Source: Vicugna vicugna
Lineage: Eukaryota
Reading direction: 5' to 3'
DNA: 64,000 nt
Assembly (NCBI GenBank): GCA_013265495.1
Contig: MU058418.1
Coordinates: forward strand, 62,001-126,000
The position numbers and the translations under genes are program-made. The notes beneath the pieces are model-generated. The model made no database searches and was not told the origin of the DNA. It saw only the letters and a list, made by a program, of their open reading frames with translations. Positions 24,705-37,779 of the stretch are shown here, piece by piece; position 1 is the stretch's first letter, and each line of letters starts with the position of its first letter.

Positions 24705-26140
24705 AGCAGGAACCATTTGATCATCTCAATAGATGCTGAAAAAATCTTTGACAAAATTCAACACCCATTTATGGTAAAATCGCTCAAGAAACTAGGACTA
24801 GAAGTAAACTCCTTCAATCTTACCAAGGGCAACTAGGAAAAACCTACAGTCAACATATTTACTGGTGAAAGATGAAATGCTTTCCTTCAGAGATTAGAAA
24901 CAAGGCAAGAATGTTCATTCTCATCACTCATGTTCAACATTGCACTGGAGGTCCTAGTCAGTGGAATGATGCAAGAAAAAAAGAAATAAAAAGTATCCAG
25001 ATTGGAAAGGAAAAAACAACAGCTTTTATTCACAGATGACATGATCCATCTATGTAGAAAATTCTAAAAGATTGATTTTCCTATACCTATTAATAAATAT
25101 AGCAAAGATGTAAAACACATGGTTAATATATAAATATTAATTGTATTTCTATATAATAGTAATGAATAATTGAAAATAAAATCAAAAAGCAATAAAATAG
25201 CATCAAATATGTGAAATACTTCTGGATACATTTAACAAAAATATGAGATACATGTAAAATCAAACCTTAAAACATATCTGTGAGAAATTAAGGATGACCT
25301 AAATAAATGGAGAGACATTCCATGTTCATGGGTCAGAAGATTCAATGTTGTTAAGATGTCAGTTCTCCCCAAATCAAGCTACAGATTCGAAGAAATCTCA
25401 AGTAAAATTCCAGAAGACTTTTTTGAAGAAAATGACAAGCTAATTTTAAAACCCATATGGAAATGCAAAGGACGTAGAATAGCCAAACAATTTTGAAAAA
25501 GAACAGAGTTAGAAAACTTATACCACCTGATTTCAAGAATACTGTAAAGTTACAGTAATCAAGATGCTGTGATATCACACAAGGATAACCATATAGAGTC
25601 AGGAGTCAGCAAACTATTTCTGTAAAGGGCCATGTAGTAAATACTTTTGGCTTTGCCATCTGTTTCAACTCTGCCTCTGTAGCATGAAAACAGTCACAGA
25701 CAATATTTAAAGAAATCAATAGGTTTGACTGACTTCCTTATAAAACTTTACTTATAAAACAGGTGGTGGGACAGTTTTGGCCCTTGGGCCATAGCTTGTG
25801 AACCCCTGATATTGAGCAATGGAAGAGAAAGACCCATAGATATATAGTCTATTGACTTTCAACAAAGATGCCAATGTATTTAAATGAAGAAAGGATAATC
25901 TTGTCAATGAATGGTACTAGAACAATTGGGCATCATATACTTCATACCATATACCAAAAAAACAAAACTCAAAATGAATCATAGACCAAAATGTAAGAGC
26001 TACAACTATAAAACATCTAGAAGAAAATACAGGGTAAAATCTTTGTGTCTTTGGGTTCAGCAAAGATTTCTTAGATATGACAGAAAAGCACTAGTCATAA
26101 AAGAAAAAAAATGGACTTTATCAAAATTAATCTCTATGCC
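24705..26140 (+). mobile_element. Old L1 ORF2 fragment including the RT region
   Basis: Translates [20 protein letters not shown]; ttcacagatgacatgatc corresponds to the F(A)DD motif; many stops and frameshifts. Confidence 0.88.
25600..25808. mobile_element. hAT-Charlie MITE, MER58A-like
   Basis: TIRs caggagtcagcaaact and agcttgtgaacccctg; flanks atatagag/atattgag. Confidence 0.85.
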
Positions 26141-26535
26141 CAGCTTGAATACAGTGCTGAATATGCTTAAGCTGTGACTGACAGACTCAAACTTGCTCCC
26201 AGAGCTTGAGGTGGCCTTAGAGACCAAATGATTTTTCTTCATTTCAGTTTCTGAATTTGCAAACAGAAGTTGAAGGAACCTATCTGAGTAAAAAATCTTT
26301 ATACAGTCCCTTGTAGTAATAATGTCAAATAGAAGGGAATTCACCTGTGCAAAGTATAGAGACCTACCTGCTTTGCCTCAAGAGAAATGAGTTAATGTAA
26401 GGACCTACATGGCAGAGAACTGGAGAAAGCAAGAAACTTCTCAGAATAAGACCCTCTCAACAACTCTGCTGCTCTCTGCAATTATCTGACCTCTTCCTTT
26501 TTGTAGGTTGATTCCCTCATTCTTTTATGCTCTTC

Positions 26536-26961
26536 TGAGACAGGAGGGAAGGGGACAAGGCACAACCACTGAAGGAATGACACAACAATTGAGGACAGGA
26601 CAAACTGGTTAGAAACAAGATGACAGAAAATTCAACTTCCAATAGACCTTGAGCCTCATGGCACAGCCATAGGCTCCATGACCATTCCTAGGCTGACTAT
26701 AAAAGGCCCAAAAGTAGGTGGGGCCCAATTTCTGGAAATCCCTGCTACTCCCCCAAAATAGTTGGAATAATCCTCCTACTCATAGCATATGGCATTACCA
26801 AGCCCATAATAACTAACAACTCTGCACCTTGTGGTCACGCTCTCTCTTCCCTTCTGAGACCTCACACTATGTAGTGTTACCTCTTTAAACTTGCTTTCAC
26901 TTTAATATGCTTCACTCTTGAATTTTTCCTACATGAGACAAGAACCTATTCTCCAGCAACA
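26536..26961 (+). mobile_element. ERV1 solo LTR, MER41-like (tentative)
   Basis: tgagacaggagggaagggg...aagaacctattctccagcaaca; TG...CA ends; flanks cttc/cttt. Confidence 0.65.
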
Positions 26962-27348
26962 CTTTAACATATCTTTGTTTACTTGACCCAGGCCCTACAT
27001 TATAGCATCACTTCACCCTCAGGTTTGCTGCTAATTGGCAAGTGTTTTCTGCATTTCGTGTTTCACATTCTCTAGGGAGACATTCTGATTGGCTCCACTC
27101 ATCTTATGCCCCATCATGGGTTGCTGGTCAGCCTGTCGATTTGCTTCCTACCCTGGGAAAATCAGCTGTGGGGAGGGTGGGGAAAAACAGATCACATGAT
27201 ATAAAGAGGCTTACTATCTATGCAGATACATAAAACATTTCAATTCCAGGAGTACAATAAATGTAAGACTGGTCTGTCCAGAATTGCCATTGTTTCTACC
27301 AGTCAGGTAACAATGCAAATTTCATAAGGAAGTATTTACAATATGGCC

Positions 27349-27782
27349 ATAATGGTTAATTTTATGTGTCAACTTGACTGGGCCATGGGGTGCCTACATA
27401 TTTGGTTAAATGTTATTTTGGGTGTATCCATAAAAGCACATCCAGATGAGATTAGCATTTGAATTGATGGACTGAGTAAAGCAGATGGCCCTCTCCAATG
27501 TGGGTGGGCATCATCCAACCCATTGAGGACTGAAAAGAACAAAAGGCAGAGTATGAATTCACTCTCTCTGCCTGACTGTCTTTGAGCTAGAACTTCTGTC
27601 TCCTTCTGCCTTCAGACTCAGACTGGAACTATACTGTTGGGTCTCCTGGATCTCCAACTACAGATTGTGAGACTTCTTAGCCTTTTTAATTGTGTGAACC
27701 AAGTCCTCATAATACACACATACATACACACACACATCCTGTTCGTTTGGTTCTGTTTCCCTGGATAACCCCAACTAATAAA
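27349..27782 (+). mobile_element. ERVL LTR, MLT2 family
   Basis: atggttaattttatgtgtcaacttgactggg...ggttctgtttccctggataaccccaactaata. Confidence 0.9.
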
Positions 27783-29105
27783 ATGATTCAAGTGTACAAA
27801 AATCAAATCAACACCAACAGGACTAAGTGGAAGTATATTTCACTCCAGACTTTGTGATTCTCCATACAGAGCTACGGGATTCCTTTCTACTATGATCTCT
27901 TATCTTATACCCTCATCTGCAGCAAGATGGAAAACAAGAAACTGAAGACATCTGAATGGGCTGCACCTTCACCCTCATTTCTCTCATCAGGCACAAATCC
28001 ATCCCATCAGCTCCCCACAGAGTAAAAATCCTCATAGCATTTAATCCTGCTCAGCGCAAAGAGAACCTCATGAACCATATGTAAAATACTGTCTCATTTT
28101 CTTTCCTCTGTTTAATTACTCACTTCATTTAGTTTTATTTTTCTCTTTCTCATTGGGCAAAGACAACTTTATATTTGGGCAAATTAGTCTAAGGCCTAAC
28201 AATAAAGGAAGAATGTTTCAATTTGACATTTATTAGCATGATGAAAATTCCCAAATGTGCCTTGAACCATTAATACTTACTTCTTGTTACAAACAAGCTC
28301 AGACTTTTTTTCTCATTAAACACCTACGATGATCCCTCTTCCCTGCCAAAATGATTCCTGTTGGTGTTCTGTTTAAGCTGTTGCTGGGAGAGGCAGCTGT
28401 CAGTGTCAGAAGGAAACAGGTGGTCTTGGGAACATGATTGTTTAAGTAGATGGTGTATGTGATTCTAAAGAAAATCCTTTGCGTTACACTCGGCTGTTAC
28501 AAGTTGTACATTTGCACCTCTTTTTTCCAGAATGTTCTTTCTCATCACTCTAGACTCACAGACTCACATGGATTTCAGTCCATGGCACTGCTATTACAGT
28601 CTGAAAGTGCCTCCTGGGGTTTTTCCTAATGGATCGCTTTTCCTAGTGGGAACTATTAATGGTTTTTCTTTCCTGCTAAGTTTTGATAACCAAATGAAAG
28701 CAATGTCAATGAGATTGTGAAAATTTCAAAGATTCCATTTTCTCATCCTGCAAGGATTAAACAAAAGCTCTGAGGCTGCATGTGGTCATTTAAAGCAGCT
28801 GACCATTTTCTTTCCATTCCCCTTCCTTTTTTTATGTCTGCCTGTTATCTACTTCAAATGTGGACTTGTTCTATTACGTGTAAAGTAAGAAACAGCTAAG
28901 AGTAATATTTTGTTCTCACCAAACTAATGTGGTCTAGTGGATTTTGTGCCCTCGCAGGAGTATGAAACCAAAAATCCTATCATTCCAAACTGGTTTTCTG
29001 GCAGAGTCTACACAACTAATGACATTTAATATATTGTAGCTTAGCCGGGCACTGCAGCAGTCACTACTAGCTCCTGAAATGATTATAAAATTAAGGCTTA
29101 TCTGC

Positions 29106-29272
29106 GGGGAGGTTGTAGCTCAGTGGTAGAGTGCATGCTTAGCATGCACAAGGCCCTGGATTCAATCCCCAGTGCCTCCGTTAAAAAATAAATTAAATAA
29201 AGGCCATTCCCCCCCAAAATAAAGACCTAAAAAAGGGAAAAATTTCAGAATAATAAAGATTATTTTTAAAAA
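29106..29272 (+). mobile_element. tRNA-Ala-derived SINE
   Basis: ggggaggttgtagctcagtggtagagtgcatgcttagcatgcac; TSD attaagg(c/a)ttatct. Confidence 0.92.
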
Positions 29273-29619
29273 TATTAAGGATTATCTAATGTTTCAGGAT
29301 TTCAATAGTACTCATTTCTCACTGCTTATAGTAGCTGTTAGTTCCTAAATATGATCCAGACGTGGTTGGTGATAATTAACAAAACCTGTTAGCCATTTTT
29401 TCACCACAAAACAGTCTCTTTCCAGTCAGGAAAAGCACAGAGTAGTTCCTAGAGATTATCAGGCACACTGCCCCATTTTACAGAGCTGCTGTGGAGGTCT
29501 GGAGGAAGCTTAATGCTGGATAACCAAGTATGATAAATATTTGTGCAAAGCCTTGCGGTTTTTTTTTTTAAATCTAACTCTCACAAGCTTCCCATGAAGT
29601 AGGGAAGTTGCTATGATCA

Positions 29620-30050
29620 CCTGTGTAAGTTATGGCAAAGGCCAACCTACTTTAACAAAGAGACTAACAAAACAATGGCTTTCTAGACCAAAGAAATGTA
29701 TTTCTCATTCATGTAGCAGTGATGAGGTGAATAATGCAGGTTGGCTCTACAGTTCAGCTCCAGAGGCTTTCAGAGATTCTGGTTCCTTCCATCGTGTGGC
29801 TCTGCCATCCCTTCAGGCATTTTTATGGTCAGCACTAAGTAGTCAAAGATCTATCTCTGGCAAAAAGGGGAAGACAGTGCAAAAGAAGTATATCCACTGT
29901 TTTAAGACCTAGGCTGAGAGCAGCATACATCCCTTTCACTCACATTCCATTGGAAAGAACATAGTTATGTGGCCTTGACTGTCAGGAGATGGGGAAATGT
30001 GGGATAATGTGCCCACAAAGAAGGGGAGAATGGATTTTAATGAGTGACCA
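29620..30050 (-). mobile_element. Old MaLR LTR (MLT1J/K-like)
   Basis: ggttccttccatcgtgtggctctgccatcc and ctcacattccattggaaagaacatagttatgtggcc motifs. Confidence 0.65.
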
Positions 30051-30197
30051 TTCCATTCTCATTTTACAGATGAGGAGATTGAAACTCAGAGACTAAAACA
30101 GACTAAATCCCTAATACAGAATGAAGTCATGAAGTAGTTTCACCTGCAAAATATTATATAACTTCAAATGATGGTTATACCAAAAAAAAAAAGTTAA

Positions 30198-31228
30198 TGC
30201 ATTAGTCAGGGTTCTTCAAATAAACAGAACCAATAGGATGTGTATATAGAGAGAAAGATTCATAGAAATGCAGATCACTGTAACAAGGAACTAGAAACTC
30301 AAAAGAGAAACCAATCAGATAAAAGAGAAACCAATGAGATAAAAACTGAGCTAAAGGCAATAAATAGCAGACTAAATAATGCAGAAGAATAAGTGATCTG
30401 GAAGACAGAATAATGGAAATCACCAAGAAAGACAAATGAAAAAGAAAATTAAAGCAACAAATGAGATCTATGGGATAATATAAAGCATGCCAACCAACAC
30501 ATAATAGGGATTCCAGAAGGAGAAAAGAGAGAAAAGGGGATCAAAACTGTGTTTTATAAAATTATGGCTAAAAAATTCCCAAACCTAAAGAAGGAAACTG
30601 ATATCCGGGTCCAGGAAGCACAGAGGGTCCCAAACAAGATGAACCCAAACAAACCTGCACCAAGACATACCATAATTAAAATGGCAAAAGTTAAAGAGTA
30701 TTCTAAAGGCAACAAGAGAAAAACAGTCAGTTACAGGGAACTCCCATAAGGCTATCAGCTGACCTCTCTACAGAAATTTTGCAGGCCAGAAGGAAGTGGC
30801 AAGATATATTCTAAGTCCTGAAAGAGTTTTATTTTTCAAGGAATTGGTTCATGTGATTATGGAGACTGGCAGGTCCAAAATCTGCAGGATAGGCTGATGG
30901 GCTGGAGACCCAGGAAGAGCCAATGTTACAGTTCAAATCCATAGGCTGTCAGCTAGCAAAATTCCTTCTTGCTCAGGGAGGCCAGTCTTTGTGCATTAAG
31001 GCCTTCAGCTGATTGGATGAGGCCCATCCAATGAGCCCATCCAAATGAGGCTCATCAAATCAGCTGAAGGCCTACGTGATAAAGAGCAACCTACATTACT
31101 CAGAGTCCACTGATTTAAATGTCAATCTTATTCCCAAAACACCCTCACAGAAACATCCAGAATAATAATTGACCAAATATCTGGGCATTGTGGCCCAGCC
31201 AAGTTGACACAAAAAATTCACCATCATA
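30198..31228 (-). mobile_element. ERVL LTR, MLT2 family, interrupted by an L1 ORF1 fragment
   Basis: attagtcagggttcttcaaataaacagaaccaatagg at left, resumes aaggaattggttcatgtgattatggag at about 30838, ends cccagccaagttgacacaaaaaattcaccatcata. Confidence 0.88.
30259..30824 (+). mobile_element. Isolated internal L1 ORF1 fragment with no 3'UTR or polyA
   Basis: ORF 30549-30749 (IMAKKFPNLKKETDIRVQEAQRVPNKMNPNKPAPRHTIIKM); similar to 53290-53870. Confidence 0.9.
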
Positions 31229-32282
31229 TTTAACTCCATAACTCCTCAAAATCTTTTTTAGCCCTCTGACTACATGAGATGCACCTGGTATCTAATTACA
31301 ACTCTGCTGGGAGCTTTAACCTCTCTGATTATCAGCTTGCCCCTTAGTAGGTGGGGGAAGGGTTCCTGAGCACTCATTAGCTGTACCTCTGTCATCTTTC
31401 CAAATGCTCCCTGGAAGAGCACTGCACTTCATCCAGCATTATTCTCATCCAAAACATACTATTTTGTACTGTATTAGATGCTATATCCAGCGAAGTATGA
31501 ACATCAGCTAAAGCAGACTTCCAATTAGAGTGCTTGAAAGCATTAGCTACCAGGTGTTTCACCAGCCAAACAAACAGGGATGATTTGAAAAAGCAATGTC
31601 AATTTCTAGCCACTTCCTTTAAAATTTCTTTCCATCTACACATTGCATAGCATTCTGGAAGGTGATGTGTTGTGGTGTGCTCAGTTCTGACTGTGAAATG
31701 CTGAAACCTTTATCCCTTTCATGTACTACACGTCATGTAGCTTGATGTGAATATCTGTCTGACCTTGGGGTCAGGCCACCTCCTGACCTGGCTTGGCTCA
31801 CTGCCTACTCCATCCCCAACCATCCTTGGCTTTTCTTCCATCATTGTTACTTCCCTTGTAATCCTCAAACTAGTTTCTCAAGTGCATAGATCTCTGGGGT
31901 TTTTTCCCTATAGTATCTTACCACTTATGATAAAACATAGTGTTCACATCACCCTTTTTCTTATAATTATAGAATCTCAGAATTAGAATAGCGTTTTTAC
32001 CCTTCAACAGCTGTTGTACCACACGTGTTTGAATGAGCCCCAAAATGGAGAACTCACTGCTTCCCAAGGCGGCCCCAGCCCCTCTTCACACCATGCCGAC
32101 TAATAAAAGTCCCTGAAGATTTAGTTAGGAATAGTAAAGTAAGGCAGTTTATCCTTAAAGTTAATCGTCTTTCTAACATGGAGGACTTTTTTTAAAGGTT
32201 TACTAAGTACTTACAGATTTTATTATTAGCATGCCCAAAACACTATAATATCTATGAATCAAAAAATGATAACAAAGTTGTA

Positions 32283-32307
32283 TGTGTGTGTGTGTGTGTG
32301 TGTGTGT
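32283..32307. repeat. (TG)n microsatellite
   Basis: About 12 consecutive TG units. Confidence 0.95.
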
Positions 32308-32349
32308 AAGGCCAAGTTATTTGAGTGAGTCTTACTGACTTCATTTTTT

Positions 32350-33500
32350 AAATATTAATAATGGTGCCAAATGGTTTTAAAAGTTTTAAGAATAAAAAGG
32401 CAGACAGTGAAAAATCTCCTTTTTACCTCCGTCATCCATCCATCTAATTCTCCCTAACTCCCTTTCAAACAGGGAGCTGCTGTTACTAGTTTCCTGTGCA
32501 GCCTTCCAGAGGCTTTTAATGCAAACATATAAAAATATGTATTTTTATGCACACTGCTCTGCAGTTTTTTTTTTCTAATAACAGATGTCAAAGATCTGTC
32601 CATATCAGAAGAGAAAGAGTTTGTACTTCTTTACAGTTGCATGGTTTCTACGGTATGGATATGTCATCACAGGTTTAGCCAGTCCCCTATTGGTGAACAT
32701 GTAGGTCACTTCCCTTTTTTTGCTGTTACAAGAAGTACAACAATAAATAACACTGTATGGACATCATTTTGCACACGCCTAGCTATGTCTTTAGGCTAAA
32801 TTCTTAAAAATAAATTATTGTTAAAAAAAGATCTGCATTTCAAACTTTGACAGATATTCCCAAATTGCCTTCCACAGATGTTGTACCAATTTATAATCCA
32901 CCAACAATATAAAGAGTGCTTTGCCAGCCCAATGTATTATCGAATATCTGGAAATTTGTTTGATATGCGAACAATGGTGTGTAAGTATAATTAAAATTTG
33001 TGTATTATGGATAATGTGGAATATAATGTGGACTATTTCTTTAAAAATACTTAACAACTCTTTGTATTTCCTTCTCTGTGGATTCTAGTCATAGCATTTC
33101 TCCATCTTTCTGTTGGGTGGTTGTTTATTTTTCCTATTAATTTGTAAAAATTAATGTTAGGAAGGTTATCCCATTATCTGTGACATGAGTTGCAAATATC
33201 TTTTCAGCTTATTGTCTTGTGACCTAGCTGATATTAGTTTTTCTGCAAAAATTTTAATGTAGTTGAATCTATCATTTTAAGATAATTTTATACAATAGTT
33301 AGAAGGGGTATGCCTTATTTTGAGGTGTTAAAATAATTTCCCCATATTCTTTTCTATATTGTTATTGTTTCTTTTTTAACATTTAAATCTTTGGTTTTTT
33401 GAAAGAAATGTGAATTATGGATACCTACTTATTGTCTTCCAGATTGCTACTCTGCTGTCCCAAACACTTATGACAACTATATCTCTTCTGTGAGATTTAT
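32350..33500 (-). mobile_element. Ancient L1 (L1ME-like) 3' region
   Basis: agccagtcccctattggtgaacatgtagg and caaattgccttccacagatgttgtaccaatttata motifs. Confidence 0.72.
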
Positions 33501-33521
33501 CTAAACTACTCCAACATAGAG

Positions 33522-33740
33522 CAGGGGCAGAGAAACTATAACCTGTGGTCCCAATTTGGACTGCAGCCTGATTTTATAAACTGTTATGGGAGCACAGCTG
33601 CAGCCACTCATCTCTGTGTTGTCTGGTGCTGCTTTTGTGCTACAACGGTAAGTGAGTGGTTATAGCAGAGGCTGCATGACCTGGAAAGCCTAATATGTTT
33701 TGCTTTCTGGCCCTTTACAGAAAAATTTTGCCAACTCTTG
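33522..33740. mobile_element. hAT-Charlie MITE, MER58-like
   Basis: caggggcagagaaact...tggccctttacagaaaaattttgccaactcttg; 8-bp flanks acatagag/atatagaa. Confidence 0.82.
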
Positions 33741-34419
33741 ATATAGAAAGAGGACAAGGAGAAGGGATGGAGGAGGAGGACGAGGAAGAGTAGGATGAAA
33801 AAAGGAGAAAGTGAAGATATTCTGAAAATAAATCAAATTTTCTTGGCATAAACTGTGCAGAGGAAAAACATTCATTAGGAGAAAAAAGCTAAACTGAGAT
33901 TGTGGGTTTATTTTCCTCTTTTACAGTCTTCTCCCGTGGTAGAAGCTGAGGAGCTTTACTTTGGTTTTATATTATACTATGGTCTGCTGCACAAAGACCC
34001 ACAAATCTCTCATCATTTTTTCTACCAGGCAAGGCCAGAAGTCCAGAGGTTCCAAGTCTCGTGCTTTTTCACAAATTTAATGAGGTGTGGATGGTCTTGG
34101 GGGATCTCTTGGAATGCAGGAAGCTGGAGGTCTTCTTTTAATACATTTCCTTGGGATGTTATGAGCTACTGCCCTTCAAATTTCCTTTCTTCCTGGACTC
34201 ACAAAAAAACCTTCTAAACTGGATTTTATTATTATTTTTCAAAATGTGTTGTACAGGACCCAAAGGATTTTTTTCCCCCAGAAAGTATAGTGTTTCTTCC
34301 TTCTAAATATTAAACAAAGGAATTTCTACTCCAGTGTCTCAGTGGGTTATGCTGCCTTTTTAATGCTCCAGCTGACTCCCCTTCCTTCTCAGGCACTGCG
34401 GTTCCCCCAAGTTACTTAC

Positions 34420-34511
34420 TGATCGCATTAGGCTCTTGCCAGTCATGCTGAGCGTGCGTCACCCTCTTCTGAAGCAGCGATGATGTACCAATTATTAACA
34501 ATCAGACTGAC
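34420..34511 (-). other. Candidate spliced exon (92 nt)
   Basis: Minus strand: tttcctcttgtgcttcttcccttcgtgcag|G acceptor and TCA|GTAAGT donor; several CpGs retained. Confidence 0.4.
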
Positions 34512-34859
34512 CTGCACGAAGGGAAGAAGCACAAGAGGAAATATAGGATAAACTTCCTTTTATTCTGGAGCTAAAACTATAATGGTAAATTCTAAAATGC
34601 TTCACAAATATTTAATTTACTTTATGTTATCGTTAGTTCAGTTTTATGTCCAGTTCTACATTCTAAAATTGAAGAAGCACACAGAGAACTTAAAGAATGT
34701 CCATATATTATTATACTATTGGAAATAAACATTATATGTAAAGAATATTTGTATTTTCAAACCACCTTTACCTACATCAATTCTATTTGATTCTCAGGAT
34801 GATCAAATAAATATGGCTATATTCATTTCATGGATGAGGAAACTGAGTCACAGGTAATT

Positions 34860-35415
34860 TATTTCATCTTTATTTGAATTTACTTATTAAATATAGTTAA
34901 AACATTCACATTCCTCCAAGTTTAAAAGGCACATAAAGGTATATAGTGAACAACTCCCTTCCACCCCAGCTACCCAGTCTCCCTTCCTAGAGGCAATTGC
35001 TAGTCCCTGTTTCCTATATATTCTCCTGGAGATATTATATGCTTACATAAGAATATAGCTACACATGGTTTTCTTTTTTTATATATAAATATCTTAATTT
35101 ATACATTGTTCTGAACCTAGCTTTTTTTTCATTTAATGATATATTCTGGAAATATTTCATAGCAGTATATAGTAAACTTCCTCTTTCTTATGGTTTCATG
35201 GTATTTGATTGTATAATTTTATAATGTATTTAAACAGTATTATATTGATGCACTTTTTAGGTTGCTTTCTAGGTTTGTTTTTAATGAATACCTTATGCAC
35301 GTGTTATTTACACATGTGCCAATGTATATGTTGGATAATTTCTATCTTGGAATTGTTGGATTAGAAAACACATGTATTTAAAATTTTGAGAAGTATTGTG
35401 AAATTTTCCTTCATC
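34860..35415 (-). mobile_element. Ancient L1 (L1ME-like) 3' region
   Basis: cttcctagaggcaa, attgatgcactttttaggttgctttc and ggaattgttggattag motifs. Confidence 0.7.
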
Positions 35416-37779
35416 GGATTGACAGAGATTTTAGGTGACTTAGCCAAGACTGCGGAGCTAATTTTTAATGGATTTAAAGTTAAAACAATGTTTCCTAACC
35501 AGAAAATAGGAGCTGTGATGAACGGTTCATTTGAGGGGACACTAACTTCTTGCGAAATATAACTAGTTGGGACATCTGCAAGAGAAGATAGGAAGGAGTC
35601 ACCTCTCTTGACTACTCCATCCTTCTGCATTGCTTTTTGTGTACTTGTTCCCTGCACCTGAGAGCCAAGTGATGAACCAACCTTATCAAACCTGGATGGG
35701 TTTACCTCCTGTCAACCTGGACCAGCCAGTCTCATAGAAAATTGAAATACAGTCTCCTTTGCCTGCACTGAAAAGTTGAAGAAATTAAAGTGCTTTACCT
35801 CAAAAAGTAGAAGACTAGGAAAAGAAAGGGAACGAGGTAATAAAGGCCTTCAAAGATACTGCTCTTTGCAATATCTGCAAGATGGACCCTCACGAAAAAG
35901 CTTGCTTTGTGGGGGTCACTGTCCGTGGTGCTGACAGCATCCATGTGGGCTGAGGAAGGGTTGCTTTTCCCATAACTGGGGCATTAAAGAGTCTTATGCA
36001 AACCCTCCTGGGAAATTGTAAACAGTAGAGAAACGAGGCAATTAAGGGAAACAAAAGAGGTAAAAAGGACAAGGGCTACTTAGGCAGAATGTTTGTGAGG
36101 TTGGATGGAGGAGGAAGAGGGATCGGTATATGAAATTGAGTATTATTTACAAATCATCGTAGATACTAAAAGATAATTCTGCCCTCTTTGTTGTGGCAGA
36201 GGAACATATGCACATTACCTATGCATTCCATTATGTGTGCATATATCCTGGAGGACTTGAAGAAAAGTAAGGTTATAGAAAGCACCACAGAGTTATGTGG
36301 AATTTCTTGCATGGACAATTTTAGAAATAAGATGGGATTGCCATCTGCCTGAGCTGATTTAACTATAATCCTGCCAAAGACTGGGAATAGACTGGATAAC
36401 CTCCTGAGACACTCACAATATTTGAAGTCATGACTTCAATGAAAACATTCAGCCTATTCTTGCTCTTTATCTCTGTTTGAGCTTCAGGGCAGCCTGGATT
36501 TAAACTAAAGTAACATCACAAGCTATACTAATTATTTTTGCCTTATCTAAAGTCAGTTGCCTTCAAGTGTTGTTTTAATACACACAAGAAGTTAATAACT
36601 CTCTCAGCTTGTCAATTCTTTCCCTAGCAGAATAAAAGTATAATACAGAACATGAATTCAATAAATCCCATTCATTCCTCATTGTTGCACTGGAACTGAA
36701 CAATCTTCCATTCACATGTTTATGCCCAGAAATGTTTACATTTTGGTGCAAAAAGAAAAAGAAACCCTTGGATTTGTATAAAGTTTAAGTGTAAAAATAT
36801 AATTCTTTTTACATTTCTATCCTTGGTTTTGTTTTCAATTTTTAAATGTTAGATTTTCAAATTGGAGGCAATACATAATAGTGGGGATTAGGCCAGATAC
36901 TCCATAAGTGCTAAAGTTTATTTTCTAATATTTTAATGGCCTCATTGGCAATGCATTTGGCTTTGTGTGCTTGGCTGTGTTTATAGTCATTGCTACTACA
37001 GGGACACACAGGTTTTGAGCTGTCTGGGCTTGGTGAGCAGTCAAAGCAACATCCAGATGTCAGGTCACTAGACAGAGTCTCCAGGGGCCCTTGCTAATGT
37101 ATCTTTTTCCACAAAGAGTGAGATTTCCCCTCAGGACACTGAGAAAGTAAGCTTTTCTCCCCAAGGGTTATGTGATTCTGCCTGTGAGCACTGACTCTTA
37201 TAACCCTTCTCATATTCTAAGCTTAGAGACTGCCCTCAAGTTCTACATCAAATTTCTCTATTCCAGGACTGTGACTCGGCTCCAATCTAAAATCCATTTG
37301 AGAAAAGAAAATATCTAAAGGAAAGAGTGTCATTCTTTCTTCTGAATCATCGGTTCTTAACATTTTCTTTCCTCACACATAGCTAACACAATGATCATCT
37401 CATTGCACTGTGGTGATTCTCTGCCAAGGTGTGGATGGGAAAGGCAGGAGGGCACGTCCCTTTCTGCTCCACCCAGAGAAGCCTATGAAAATAGGGGGTA
37501 GGCTGAGTGACAAACATTATAAAGCTCCCTACATGTTTTATATATCTTCTTGGCTGGATAGCTTCTACGTGCAATAAAGTATGCCCTGTGAGTCAACGAA
37601 AGGAATATAAACACATGTCCTTGTGTTGGGGGAAAGGAATGCAATGATCACGCTAAAGAAAGAAAAATGGAAGATTACATTTTGGTAGTTATAAGACTGT
37701 AAGTATTCAGAGAAGCAATAAACAAGAGTGCTCCATGAAGGCCTTCCCGTAAAGGAAGTATAAATTAAGTATCATTTGA

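Noticed and set aside
35361..35657. 98-aa minus-strand ORF next to an acceptor-like site
   Set aside because: It has a GTG start, runs into an L1 relic, shows no recognisable homology and has only weak donors
36422..36439. Perfect 18-bp palindrome ttgaagtcatgacttcaa
   Set aside because: Chance expectation for 9-bp arms in 64 kb is about 0.25 or higher given the AT bias, so one occurrence is unremarkable
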